Below, in pieces: positions 17,850 to 28,020 of a stretch of DNA of 58,207 nucleotides (position 1 is the stretch's first letter; every line of letters starts with the position of its first letter). Position numbers and translations under genes: made by a program. The notes beneath the pieces are model-generated. The model saw nothing but the letters and a program-made list of their open reading frames with translations. It had not been told where the DNA came from and ran no database searches. This DNA is from an uncultured bacterium (GTDB taxonomy: Bacteria > Fidelibacterota > Marinisomatia > Marinisomatales > AB-629-J13): assembly GCA_964606925.1 (NCBI GenBank), contig CAZSIH010000002.1, forward strand, positions 1-58,207. Direction: 5' to 3'.

Positions 17850-18483
17850 TATTTTTCCCTATGATGGATTCTCCACCCTTAACTTTTTGTCCCAATTTCA
17901 CCCTTAAATTTATGGATTCGGGAAGAATAATATCCACCCTTGATCCAAACATTATAAATCCTAATTTATCTCCAGTATTTAATTGGGTTCCCTTTTTCAC
18001 ATAACAACGGATACGGCGGGCTAAAAGACCTGCAATTTGTTTTACTTTGATCAATCCTTCCCTTGAATGAATATGAATGTTCGACTGTTCATTTTCATCA
18101 GATGCTAAGTGATTGAATGCAGCCAGAAATTTTCCCTTTTTGTAATGTACTTCATTGACTGATCCTCCAACTGGTGTCCGATTCACATGTACATTAAATA
18201 CATTCAGGAATATTGAAATTAAGTTTGCTTTTCCAATATCAGGGTCATCAATGGATTTAATTTGAACTATTTTTCCGTCTGCAGGAGAAACAAAGATTCC
18301 TTTTTCCTGCGGGATTTTCCTTTTTGGATCTCTGAAAAAATTCAGGCAGAATAGCAGTAATAAACTAGGAATAGCAGCACAATCCATTATGATTGTGGAT
18401 CCTGAAATATTCCCAACAACTCGTATCATGATTGTTAAGACCACTAACCCAATAATAAACGGAAATCCTTCTTTAGCAATCAT
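17833..18483 (-). CDS. psd: Phosphatidylserine decarboxylase proenzyme (short form)
   Basis: It carries the FNVHVNRTPVGG motif and a C-terminal GFIMFGSRVDIILP (G-S self-cleavage site). Confidence 0.8.
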   Translation of the reverse strand: MIAKEGFPFIIGLVVLTIMIRVVGNISGSTIIMDCAAIPSLLLLFCLNFFRDPKRKIPQEKGIFVSPADGKIVQIKSIDDPDIGKANLISIFLNVFNVHVNRTPVGGSVNEVHYKKGKFLAAFNHLASDENEQSNIHIHSREGLIKVKQIAGLLARRIRCYVKKGTQLNTGDKLGFIMFGSRVDIILPESINLRVKLGQKVKGGESIIGKNNETKT

Positions 18484-19586
18484 TAATAAAAATAAGAATT
18501 GTTTACTTTTTCTAATTTTAATTTGAATAGTTTTGTTTCCCCATCTCTGTAAATTTTAAGAGTTATCTTATCTCCAGACCTAATATCCTGATCTAAAATG
18601 ATATTTTTTATATCCTGCGCCTTGGTAATACTGAATCCATTTACCGCCAGAATAATATCCGCAATTTCAATTCCTGCTTTATCGCCTGAACTGCTCTTTT
18701 CTACTTCAACGACAATGACACCTTTAACAAATGGTAAATTCAGATAACGGGCTACCCGTTTATTCAGTGATTGTACTTGAAGTCCCGTAGAATAATTTCG
18801 GTCAATTTTTCCTTTATTTTTCAGCTCTTCTGCAATAGTTTTTGCACGATTAATGGGAATAGCAAAACTGATACCAATAGATCCCTGAGAATAATTTGAA
18901 CCGGTATAAATAAACGTATTGATTCCCACAATTTCACCTAATCCATTGACCAATGGTCCGCCGCTGTTTCCCGGATTTATTGCTGCATCTGTCTGGATCA
19001 TATCCTGAAATATTTGTCCTGATTCCTGTTGACCAAAATCCATATTCAAGGCGCTGATGATCCCTACAGTTGCTGTGGGCTGATCACTGACATCAAATAG
19101 TCCATATGGATTTCCTAAAGCGATTACCCATTCACCAATAATTAGATCATCGGAGTTTCCCAAAGTAGCATACGGAAAATTGGATCCGTTCATTTTAATC
19201 AACGCTAAATCCGTATATCGGTCTTTTCCAATGACTTCCGATTCGTATTCCTCTCCTCCGGGGAGAGTGACGATAATTTCATGTGCATTTTCGATAACGT
19301 GGTAATTCGTAAGCACATAACCATCAGGACTTATCACAACACCAGAGCCTGAACTTTTTACTTTTTGCCGATGCAGTTCATAGGGGAAAAAGAACTCGAA
19401 GAATGGATCGGAGAATGGAGATCTCCGTGCAATTTCCTTTAGCTGTGTCACATTCACACTGGCAACAGCGGGAGAAATATTTTCAATTGCCCGTGTTATA
19501 GCATTTTGCCGTGATTGAGATACATTTTCCTGACAAATCAATACATTCCCGAATAGAAATAATATAGTAAGAATTTTATTGATCAT
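18483..19586 (-). CDS. htrA: HtrA/DegP-family periplasmic serine protease with a PDZ domain
   Basis: It contains TNYHVI, DLALIK and GNSGGPLVN (the catalytic triad context) plus a C-terminal PDZ domain. I moved the start to ATG 19584-19586 (MINKILTILFLF, a signal peptide). Confidence 0.85.
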   Translation of the reverse strand: MINKILTILFLFGNVLICQENVSQSRQNAITRAIENISPAVASVNVTQLKEIARRSPFSDPFFEFFFPYELHRQKVKSSGSGVVISPDGYVLTNYHVIENAHEIIVTLPGGEEYESEVIGKDRYTDLALIKMNGSNFPYATLGNSDDLIIGEWVIALGNPYGLFDVSDQPTATVGIISALNMDFGQQESGQIFQDMIQTDAAINPGNSGGPLVNGLGEIVGINTFIYTGSNYSQGSIGISFAIPINRAKTIAEELKNKGKIDRNYSTGLQVQSLNKRVARYLNLPFVKGVIVVEVEKSSSGDKAGIEIADIILAVNGFSITKAQDIKNIILDQDIRSGDKITLKIYRDGETKLFKLKLEKVNNSYFY

Positions 19587-20310
19587 ATTCCACTTTTTCC
19601 AAAATAAGACCCTGTGGAGGCGCTTTATGCAAAATAACATTTTTTTGGGGGTTTGATAATAAATGAATAAAATCTTTTTCAGAATATTTATTTTGATTTA
19701 CTGCGATCATTGTTCCTGTTAAATATCTTACCATGTGATGTAAAAAACGGTTTCCGGTAATAGTAAAAATTACCATATAATTTTCTTTTGTCCATGCAGA
19801 TTGAAAGATGTCACATTCGGTGTTATTTAATTTTTCGTTCCACTTGGAAAAGGATAAGAAGTTATGAGAGCCCAATAGTTTTTGAGATAAAGAATTCAGA
19901 CTATCAATATCTATATCCGGCAAAAACCAACTCTGGTTTTTATAGAGAGGATTTGTACCGGTATAACACTGATATCTATATGTTCTTCGAACAGCAGAAA
20001 ACCGTGCATGGAATTTTGGTGGAACAACATTACATTCAATAATCGTAATATCTTTCGGACATTTTGCATTCATAGCTCTCAATAATGTACAAGTATCTAA
20101 ATCCGTTTTTAAATCAAAATGAGCAATTTGACCCAAAGCATGAACACCGGAATCTGTACGTCCGGCACCTATAATTTTTATGGGTATTTTGCCGTTAAAA
20201 CTACCAATTAGCTCTTCCAATACCGGTTGGATGGCTTGACCGTTTTGTTGTGTCTGCCAGCCGCAATATCGGGTTCCGTCATACTGGATAGCTATTTTAA
20301 ATCGAGGGAT
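19576..20310 (-). CDS. truA: tRNA pseudouridine(38-40) synthase TruA; the start codon is apparently non-canonical (ATC 20308-20310 or ATA 20293-20295)
   Basis: It contains AGRTDSGVHALGQ (catalytic Asp). The conserved N-terminal strand FKIAIQYDGTRYCGWQTQ lies in frame upstream of the track's TTG start. No ATG, GTG or TTG lies between that strand and the upstream in-frame TAG (20326-20328). Confidence 0.75.
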   Translation of the reverse strand: MPRFKIAIQYDGTRYCGWQTQQNGQAIQPVLEELIGSFNGKIPIKIIGAGRTDSGVHALGQIAHFDLKTDLDTCTLLRAMNAKCPKDITIIECNVVPPKFHARFSAVRRTYRYQCYTGTNPLYKNQSWFLPDIDIDSLNSLSQKLLGSHNFLSFSKWNEKLNNTECDIFQSAWTKENYMVIFTITGNRFLHHMVRYLTGTMIAVNQNKYSEKDFIHLLSNPQKNVILHKAPPQGLILEKVEYDQ

Positions 20311-20333
20311 ATTGAATTCCTTCTTCTATCCAA

Positions 20334-20984
20334 TCAAAACGAAAATGAAAGATTGAAATGAACACTTCCTTCCGGAGATGGATTAATTGGAAAAATTGAG
20401 AACTGGATTTCATTTCCCGAAAGTTTCCTGCTGATATATAAAACATCAATTCCGGAAATAATGTGATTCAATACAATTCCGCCAATTAAAAATTTTCCCA
20501 TGAGTAAAAGTCGGTCACTTCGGACTCGTTTTGATTCAAATTTATCTTGTTGGGAGTCGGAATTCCAATGCCAATTCCACTGTGGATCTTCATAGGCTGC
20601 AACTGCATCAAAATCTCTCCAGCGTAAATGTTCTGTAATGAAGTCCTCCCGACTATCATAATTTCCTATATCAATCCAAAATTGCCGTGGTTTATCACCC
20701 GGACTAATTCCTCCGTGTTCCATGGCTATGGCTTCATACGTATTTTTTTCCAAATTCGAACCTAAAAAACTTCCACCCATCCCAATCCAAATAAGAGATT
20801 CTGTAATGACAAATAATTTCCCTCTTTTCTGCTCATTTAAGGAATATTCACCCCATCCGGGAATCATCAATGATCGCCAAACATAATGAGAAGAACTTTT
20901 TTCTTCAACCTTCTGTGCGGTTATTCCTGTGAATGGAATAATCAAATTAAATAAGCAAATATAGGTTATAATCTTTTTGACCAT
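20334..20984 (-). CDS. Hypothetical secreted or membrane protein
   Basis: The signal-like start is MVKKIITYICLFNLIIPFTGITAQ. It contains WRSLMIPGWGEYSLNEQKRGKLF followed by hydrophobic segments. I cannot make a confident family call. Confidence 0.4.
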   Translation of the reverse strand: MVKKIITYICLFNLIIPFTGITAQKVEEKSSSHYVWRSLMIPGWGEYSLNEQKRGKLFVITESLIWIGMGGSFLGSNLEKNTYEAIAMEHGGISPGDKPRQFWIDIGNYDSREDFITEHLRWRDFDAVAAYEDPQWNWHWNSDSQQDKFESKRVRSDRLLLMGKFLIGGIVLNHIISGIDVLYISRKLSGNEIQFSIFPINPSPEGSVHFNLSFSF

Positions 20985-22468
20985 GAAATTATTCCTGTAA
21001 ATAAAATAATAATTATTGCACTGCATTTTCCTAAAATATTTCCAAATTTTGTATAAAAAGTTAACTTATCTGATAATGAAACATTCCCTTTAAATACAGA
21101 CCTTTCTCCGATAGTTTTTTTTTCTAAAACTTTTCCCGATGGTAAAATAATCCCGGAGATTCCTGTATTGGCACTTCTCACGACCGATCTTCGATTTTCT
21201 ATAGCTCTCATTTTTGCAATTTCAAAATGTTGATAGGGTCCGGATGTTTTTCCCAGCCACCCGTCATTTGCCTGAATGGTTAAAAATTCTGCACCTTGTA
21301 ATACAAAAATACGCACAATATCCGGTAAACTTGACTCATAACAAATCAGGTTTGAAAATGAAAAATTGTCAAACTGAAATATAGTAAATTCTTTTCCAGC
21401 TGTAAAGTTCCCCTGACCAAAATTTAGATCATTCAATGATGGAAAATAACCGGATAAAGGAACATATTCAGCAAAGGGTACTAATTTCACTTTATGATAC
21501 ATTTCAGAAGGTTTATGCGGTTGAAAAAAAATTGATCCATTAAAATATAGAGGTTTTCCATCCTCAGAATTTTCTCTGTCTATTGTTCCGGTAAATAAAG
21601 GTATTTTATATCTATTCACTTTTTCCTGAATTGGAGAGCGGTCTTTTCCGGACAATCGCAAATAACTGGGTAATGCGGTTTCAGGCCAAACAATCATGTC
21701 AGGATCTAATTCCACAGCTTTATCCAAGAGCTGATGCATAAGTTCAAACATTTGTTTTTGATTGTCTCTTTCCCATTTTTCATTAGGGTCTACTGATGGT
21801 TGGGTTACAGCGACATTAATAGATTTTTTAATGGTATCATAATCAACAGAATTCATTTTTTGTGATCCATATATCCAAAGAACAGAAAGTAAACCGATGG
21901 CAGTAATAGAAAAAATCTTTTTCCTTCTACCCAACGTTAATGCAAAATACAATAGAACATTCAAAATCATAATCCAAAGTGAAATTCCGGACGAACCTGT
22001 TACATCCATCATTTGGATGAGTGGAATAAAACGAGACTGGGTAAGGGCTAAATCCATCCATGGAAACCCTAAAGTTCCAATACTACGAATCCATTCCATT
22101 GCTATCCAAATCAGCGGAGAAAACCAAAGGAAGAAGGGCTTTTCCTGCAAAAAAAATTGAAGCATGACAGCAAACAATCCCCAGAAAAGAGATAAATAAA
22201 AAACCGCACTTATTAGTGAAAGAAAAACGGGTAAAAATCCTGCTCCGCTGTTAAACCCAATCCAGTATAAAGCGATAAAATGAGCTGTAATTCCCGCTGA
22301 ATAACCAAGTTTAAATGATTCTTTATAATCGCATCCTTTCAAGGATAAGAATAAAGGAATGAATCCAAACCAAGCTAAAAATCCTAATGGAAGAGGCGGA
22401 TAAGATAATCCGATAAATAATCCGCTTAAAAGTGCAAGGAATAATTTTTTATGAATTATGGTATTCAA
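20966..22468 (-). CDS. lnt: Apolipoprotein N-acyltransferase
   Basis: 500 aa, with a multi-span N-terminal domain and a C-terminal CN-hydrolase domain (VWPETALP, ICYES). Confidence 0.85.
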   Translation of the reverse strand: MNTIIHKKLFLALLSGLFIGLSYPPLPLGFLAWFGFIPLFLSLKGCDYKESFKLGYSAGITAHFIALYWIGFNSGAGFLPVFLSLISAVFYLSLFWGLFAVMLQFFLQEKPFFLWFSPLIWIAMEWIRSIGTLGFPWMDLALTQSRFIPLIQMMDVTGSSGISLWIMILNVLLYFALTLGRRKKIFSITAIGLLSVLWIYGSQKMNSVDYDTIKKSINVAVTQPSVDPNEKWERDNQKQMFELMHQLLDKAVELDPDMIVWPETALPSYLRLSGKDRSPIQEKVNRYKIPLFTGTIDRENSEDGKPLYFNGSIFFQPHKPSEMYHKVKLVPFAEYVPLSGYFPSLNDLNFGQGNFTAGKEFTIFQFDNFSFSNLICYESSLPDIVRIFVLQGAEFLTIQANDGWLGKTSGPYQHFEIAKMRAIENRRSVVRSANTGISGIILPSGKVLEKKTIGERSVFKGNVSLSDKLTFYTKFGNILGKCSAIIIILFTGIISWSKRL

Positions 22469-22483
22469 AATACCGTATAAATA

Positions 22484-22912
22484 TTATTTGACGAAAAGGG
22501 ATTTTTTCCTGTCGAGATAGCTTTGCAAAATCAAGGCAGCTGCGGTTTGATCAATTAGAAATTTGTTTTTTCCGGTATTCATGTTTTGTTTTATAATTTC
22601 TTTTTTTGCCATAACTGTCGTTAACCTTTCATCTTCAAGCATGACTTTATAATTATTTTTTTCCAGTGATTCTGAAAATAATTTCACCGTCTCAGTTTGT
22701 TTTGTCTCTTTCCCATTCATACCCAAGGGCAATCCCACAACAATGGACTCAATGTCATATTCCTTTACGATGAGACCAATTTGTTCCAGAAGGTCTTGGA
22801 TTGACTTATTTTTTATTGTTTTTAAGGGAGTGGCTATAATATGGTACGGATCCGATACAGCAAAACCGACCCGACTGGAACCGTAATCTATACTGAGAAT
22901 TCTACCATTCAT
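22484..22912 (-). CDS. ruvX: Putative pre-16S rRNA nuclease / Holliday junction resolvase-like YqgF
   Basis: It contains ILSIDYGSSRVGFAVSD, VVGLPLGMNG and DERLTT. Confidence 0.85.
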   Translation of the reverse strand: MNGRILSIDYGSSRVGFAVSDPYHIIATPLKTIKNKSIQDLLEQIGLIVKEYDIESIVVGLPLGMNGKETKQTETVKLFSESLEKNNYKVMLEDERLTTVMAKKEIIKQNMNTGKNKFLIDQTAAALILQSYLDRKKSLFVK

Positions 22913-22925
22913 AAAAAAAGATGAG

Positions 22926-25124
22926 TTATCTTCCTACTCTTTCTATTGAGTCTATCCCTTTTATGAAGGATGCTTTTTTTATCACTCTGTCCAATTGTCG
23001 GAGGTTTCGAACCTGGATAATCAACATCATTTTAGCTAAACCGTGCACGACTTTTAGATCCATACTTGTAATGTTGATATTCAACTTGGAAATACATTCG
23101 GTTAATTCTTTTAATGTCCCTTTTTTATCTACTCCGGTCACTTTTAAGCGGACATTAAAATGATCCTTCCGACCCACATTCCATTCTACAGGAACGAGCC
23201 TGTCTGATTCTCCCTGAAGTAAAGGAAGACTTTTACATGATGATTGATGAACTGTAATTCCCCGTCCACGTGTAATAAATCCTACCATTTCATCTCCGGG
23301 GATAGGATTGCAGCATTTTCCAAAATGAACCATTAAATCCGTGATACCCTGCAATTTAATTCCCCCGGATTTTGAACGGGCATCTTCGATGAATTTCTGG
23401 TTTGATTCAAATTCTTCCTCGGAAACTTCCGACACACTTTTGGGTTTCATTTTTCTAATAATCTGCTTCACTGTTATTTTACCATTCCCGATAGCTTCCA
23501 TCAAATCATCCTTGGATTTATAGCCAAAATCGGTATGAGCATCCTTTGCTTTTTTAAATAAGGAAGTTAACTTATTTCTTCTTAGGGATTTTTCCAAAAT
23601 TTCCGTGCCTATATGAATACATTCGTCTCTTCTAATTGACTTTAAATGCCGATTTATGTGAGTACGTGCCTTAGATGTTATCACAAATTTCAACCACCCA
23701 TAACTGGGTTTTTGGGTTGAAGAAGTCAAGATTTCTACTCTGTCCCCATTTTTTAACACGGTATTAAGAGGAACCACCTTATGATTTATTTTCGATCCTA
23801 AACAGTGCAATCCAACCTGAGTATGAATTTGAAATGCAAAATCTATGACTGTGGAGTTATTTGGCAATTGCACCAAATCACCCTTAGGTGTGAACACGAA
23901 TATTTCATCATCAAATAAATCAATTTTTAACAGGTGCATAAATTCATTTGGGTCAGCAGTTTCACTTTGAAGCAAATCTATTAATTCTCTCAACCATTTG
24001 ACGTTACCACCTAAAATAGTTGATTTATTTTTACCTTCTTTATACCGCCAATGGGCAGCAATACCGATCTCTGCTGTTTTATCCATTTTTCGAGTACGGA
24101 TTTGAATTTCCACCCTGTTACCGTTGGGACCGATAACAGTGGTATGTATTGATTGATATCCATTGGATTTAGGTGTAGCAATAAAGTCTTTAAATCTTTC
24201 CTGAACAGGTGAATACAATTGGTGAATTGTTCCAAGGATTAGATAACATTGTTCAAGTTCATCCACCAAAACACGGATTGCATATAAATCATGTATTTCT
24301 TCAAAAGACTTATTTCTTTTGATCATTTTTCCAAATATTGAAAAAATGGATTTTGGTCTTCCAAATATCTCAGCATTTAAATCAAATTTCTTTAATTCGT
24401 TTTGAATGGGAGTGATAACCTGATTTATCACTTTCTCCCTTTGTCGCCTTGTCGCTTTCAGTTTGGCTTTTATTTCCTTATGTTGTTTAGGATGAAGAGT
24501 TGACATGACCATATCTTCTAATTCCCACTTAACAGAAGCCATCCCCAGTCGGTGAGCAAGAGGGACATACACGTCCCTTGTTTCTTTTGCTATACGATGC
24601 TGTTTTAAACGGCTCATATATTGAAGAGTCTTCATATTGTGAAGTCTATCAGCAAATTTTATCATCACAACACGCAGATCCTGAGCAACCGATAACAGTA
24701 ATTTCATAAAATTTCCCGCCTGTTTTTCCTGCCTGCTTGTGAATTTTATATGCCCCAATTTGGTAACTCCATCTACCAATTGAGCTACATCTTCACCAAA
24801 TTGCTTTTTTATTTGATCAATTGAAATATCAGAATCTTCAACTGTATCATGAAGCAATCCGCCTATTATGGTGTTATGATCCATCTTCCAATCTGCAAGG
24901 ATGTTGGCAACGCTCACACAATGGTCTGAGAAATAAGGTTTACCGGAAAGACGTTTTTGACCTGAATGACATGACTTCCCAAACTCAAAAGCTTTCCAGA
25001 GAATTAGTTTAATCTCATCTTCAGAATTTGAAGTAGAGATGGAAATTTTATTAAAAAGTGTTGTAAAAGACTTTGGATAATCTCCCATAATTTGGGGTAT
25101 TAAGCGGCTGATTGGATTCGCCAT
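22926..25124 (-). CDS. spoT: Bifunctional (p)ppGpp synthetase/hydrolase, RelA/SpoT family
   Basis: 732 aa. It has the HD domain (HCVSVANIL...LLHDTVEDS), the synthetase core (YQSIHTTVIGPNG..VEIQIRT), and TGS and ACT-like C-terminal regions. Confidence 0.9.
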   Translation of the reverse strand: MANPISRLIPQIMGDYPKSFTTLFNKISISTSNSEDEIKLILWKAFEFGKSCHSGQKRLSGKPYFSDHCVSVANILADWKMDHNTIIGGLLHDTVEDSDISIDQIKKQFGEDVAQLVDGVTKLGHIKFTSRQEKQAGNFMKLLLSVAQDLRVVMIKFADRLHNMKTLQYMSRLKQHRIAKETRDVYVPLAHRLGMASVKWELEDMVMSTLHPKQHKEIKAKLKATRRQREKVINQVITPIQNELKKFDLNAEIFGRPKSIFSIFGKMIKRNKSFEEIHDLYAIRVLVDELEQCYLILGTIHQLYSPVQERFKDFIATPKSNGYQSIHTTVIGPNGNRVEIQIRTRKMDKTAEIGIAAHWRYKEGKNKSTILGGNVKWLRELIDLLQSETADPNEFMHLLKIDLFDDEIFVFTPKGDLVQLPNNSTVIDFAFQIHTQVGLHCLGSKINHKVVPLNTVLKNGDRVEILTSSTQKPSYGWLKFVITSKARTHINRHLKSIRRDECIHIGTEILEKSLRRNKLTSLFKKAKDAHTDFGYKSKDDLMEAIGNGKITVKQIIRKMKPKSVSEVSEEEFESNQKFIEDARSKSGGIKLQGITDLMVHFGKCCNPIPGDEMVGFITRGRGITVHQSSCKSLPLLQGESDRLVPVEWNVGRKDHFNVRLKVTGVDKKGTLKELTECISKLNINITSMDLKVVHGLAKMMLIIQVRNLRQLDRVIKKASFIKGIDSIERVGR

Positions 25125-26488
25125 TAAAAAGGTGCCTGGACTTCTTCTTCCTGATAATAGGATAAATTCTCAAAGCTTGTATAGCGGGAAATAAAAGACG
25201 CCATAACCGTCCTGACAGGTCCGTTTCTTTGTTTTGCAACAATTATATGTACTTTACCATCATCTGATTCCTCCTGAGTATAAAGAAAAGGTCGGTAAAG
25301 AAAAATTACAACATCTGCATCCTGCTCTATCGCCCCGCTTTCCCGCAAATCCGAAAGAAGCGGTCTCCTGTCACTACGGTTTTCCACTGCTCTGGAAAGC
25401 TGAGACAGTGCAATGACAGGAAGATTTAATTCCTTTGCCAAACCTTTCAAAGATCGGGATATATTTGATATTTCCTGTTGCCGGCTTTCAGAAGCTGGAC
25501 CCTGCATCAATTGCAAATAATCTACAACGATAAGTCCTACATCTCTCTCTGCTTTAATTCTTCTGGCTTTTGCCCGTAATTCCAAAACTGAAATTCCTGG
25601 GGTATCATCAAGATAAATAGGTGCTTCCGCTAACGTCCCTACATTGGTACTCAAATTAACCCACTGGTTTTTAGGAAGATTTCCCGTTCGGACCAAATGG
25701 CTGTCCACTTTTGCTTCCGTACATAAAAGCCGCATAGCTAATTGATTATTTGCCATTTCAAGACTGAAAAACCCGATTCCTGTTTTATGATCAATTGCTG
25801 CATTTCGTGCAATATTCAGGGCAAGTGCTGTTTTCCCCATGGATGGTCTTCCGGCGATGACAATAAAATCTCCGGGATGGAAACCTGCAGTCACCTCATC
25901 CAAATCAGTCAATCCCGAGGGAACTCCTATCACTCCACCCTCCTTGGATGCTACTGAATCTAACTGTTCAAATGATTCATGTAAAATTTTGTCTATGGGC
26001 TGAAAGCCACCTCTTAAACCTGATTGAGTGATCGAAAAAATTGATTGTTCAACCCGGTCTAAAATGTCCTCTGCTTTTCGATGATCATCATAGGCTTCAT
26101 TTGATAATTCCTGAGCAACTTTAATTAATTGTCTTAATAAAGATTTTTCCAGTACGATCTTTGCATAACTTTCTACATTTGCCGTAGTTGGAATAGATTC
26201 TACCAATCCCGTGAGAAAATAAGCTCCTCCCACCGATTCAAGTACTTTTTGTTTTTTTAGAATATCAGAAACAGAGATGGTATCAATTTGTTCGCTGTCG
26301 TTAAATAATGAAACCATTGCAGAAAAAATCTTTTGATGTGCTGTTTTGTAAAAATGATCGGGTTTTAACCATTGTAAGGATTTACTCACAGCTTCCCTGC
26401 TGGAAAGCATGGCTCCTAATACAGCAGCTTCCGCTTCCAAAGATTGGGGAGGTGCCTTTAATGTAGTGGATTGGTTATCTGCTGCCAT
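25124..26488 (-). CDS. dnaB: Replicative DNA helicase DnaB
   Basis: It contains PPQSLEAEAAVLGAML, Walker A GRPSMGKTA and VVDYLQLM. There is no intein. Confidence 0.95.
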   Translation of the reverse strand: MAADNQSTTLKAPPQSLEAEAAVLGAMLSSREAVSKSLQWLKPDHFYKTAHQKIFSAMVSLFNDSEQIDTISVSDILKKQKVLESVGGAYFLTGLVESIPTTANVESYAKIVLEKSLLRQLIKVAQELSNEAYDDHRKAEDILDRVEQSIFSITQSGLRGGFQPIDKILHESFEQLDSVASKEGGVIGVPSGLTDLDEVTAGFHPGDFIVIAGRPSMGKTALALNIARNAAIDHKTGIGFFSLEMANNQLAMRLLCTEAKVDSHLVRTGNLPKNQWVNLSTNVGTLAEAPIYLDDTPGISVLELRAKARRIKAERDVGLIVVDYLQLMQGPASESRQQEISNISRSLKGLAKELNLPVIALSQLSRAVENRSDRRPLLSDLRESGAIEQDADVVIFLYRPFLYTQEESDDGKVHIIVAKQRNGPVRTVMASFISRYTSFENLSYYQEEEVQAPF

Positions 26489-27210
26489 TAGCTCTTTTTA
26501 TTAATAAAATCACGGATAAATTGAAAGTCTTCCCAAGTATATGGTTTTAAATTGGAATTTCGTAAAAGTGCTGCGGGATGATAAGTTACCAACAAAGGAG
26601 TACCGTGATAATCGTGTAATCTCCCTCTCATGGACTTGAGAGTGTCATCAACCCGTAACAGGGTTGTTCCGGAAATTCTCCCTAATGCAACGATCAGTTT
26701 TGGTTTGATCAAATTGATCTGATGCAGGAGATAGGGTTCACATTTTTCAACTTCATCCGGTAGTGGATCTCTGTTTTGAGGAGGTCTGCATTTTAACACA
26801 TTGCAGATATATACATTTTTATGGCGAGTCATTTTGATAGCAGATAATATTTTATCCAGCAATTTTCCTGCCCTCCCTACAAAGGGTTCTCCTTTCAAGT
26901 CTTCCTCTTTTCCCGGTGCTTCTCCCACAAGCATTAAATCCGCATGAGGGTCACCTACACCAAATACAAATTTATCTCTGTGCTGTCCTAAATTGCATTT
27001 CTGACAACCGGAAATAGAATTTCCAAATTCATCTAATCGAGCTGGAAAGGAAGTATCCAATTGTGTTATCCCCATTTCATTCATTGTTGATTTTCCGTAC
27101 AATGTAGAACCAAACAGTTCTTTTGTCTGTTCTAAAAAACGGATCGAATCCTTGATCAAATGGGATTCTGCCACTGCTATGCGTCTTCCTCTTCTCCAGG
27201 TTTTCCCCAA
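26488..27210 (-). CDS. Uracil-DNA glycosylase, family 4
   Basis: It contains CQKCNL, MLVGEAPGKEEDLKGEPFVGRAG and HPAALLR. The exact start is uncertain because it overlaps the rpoZ 3' end by 34 nt. Confidence 0.85.
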   Translation of the reverse strand: MGKTWRRGRRIAVAESHLIKDSIRFLEQTKELFGSTLYGKSTMNEMGITQLDTSFPARLDEFGNSISGCQKCNLGQHRDKFVFGVGDPHADLMLVGEAPGKEEDLKGEPFVGRAGKLLDKILSAIKMTRHKNVYICNVLKCRPPQNRDPLPDEVEKCEPYLLHQINLIKPKLIVALGRISGTTLLRVDDTLKSMRGRLHDYHGTPLLVTYHPAALLRNSNLKPYTWEDFQFIRDFINKKS

Positions 27211-27455
27211 CTTAGATCACCATTTAAAAATTCTTCCACTGCGACGCTGGATGGTTTCTCTAAATGAACTGTTGATTCATAATCAGGTATTTCATCCAAT
27301 ACACCAAATTCTTCTTCAGTATTTCCCCTCAACATTTTTTCAACCAGCCTGTCATGTAAAATCTGACGAGCCCTTTGAGAAATAACCACGACAGCTTCGT
27401 AGATATTCTTTGTTTTGGATTCAATATTTTTAAATGAAATTGATTTAATATTCAT
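27177..27455 (-). CDS. rpoZ: DNA-directed RNA polymerase omega subunit
   Basis: 92 aa, containing NIYEAVVVISQRARQI. It sits in the conserved gmk-rpoZ position. Confidence 0.75.
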   Translation of the reverse strand: MNIKSISFKNIESKTKNIYEAVVVISQRARQILHDRLVEKMLRGNTEEEFGVLDEIPDYESTVHLEKPSSVAVEEFLNGDLSWGKPGEEEDA

Positions 27456-28020
27456 GTATTTTTCCTTTTAGTTCTGTTAATATAATATGTTTTAATTCTT
27501 TGATTGCCGTGCCCAGATCATCATTTATGAAACTGACATCAAACATTTTTCCATACTCAAGTTCCATATGAATTCGGGTTAATCTTTTCTTAATTAGTTT
27601 TTTATCATCTGTTCCACGACTTTCCAATCTTAATCGCAGTATATCTTCACTGGGAGGTTTTACAAAAATTGACAGGGTTTGATCAGGGTATAATGCTTTT
27701 ATAGACATCGCTCCTTTCACATCCAATTCCAGCAATAATGGATCTCCTTTTATTATTGAATCTTCCAACGAAGATTTCAAAGTACCGTAAAACTGCCCAT
27801 GTACATCTTCATATTCGGCAAATTGATCCTTTTCAATCATTGATTGAAATTCTGAATGTCTGATAAAATTGTAATCCAATCCATCTATTTCTTTTACTCT
27901 TTGAAGTCTGGTCGTATATGAAACTGAAAATGATAGCTCAGAAATTTCTTTCAGAATTGCCTTACATAAAGTGGATTTTCCGGTTCCGGATGGAGCAGAT
28001 ATCGTGTAGATTAATTTCAT
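27445..28020 (-). CDS. gmk: Guanylate kinase
   Basis: It contains the P-loop SAPSGTGKSTL, YTTR and YGT. Confidence 0.9.
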   Translation of the reverse strand: MKLIYTISAPSGTGKSTLCKAILKEISELSFSVSYTTRLQRVKEIDGLDYNFIRHSEFQSMIEKDQFAEYEDVHGQFYGTLKSSLEDSIIKGDPLLLELDVKGAMSIKALYPDQTLSIFVKPPSEDILRLRLESRGTDDKKLIKKRLTRIHMELEYGKMFDVSFINDDLGTAIKELKHIILTELKGKIHEY

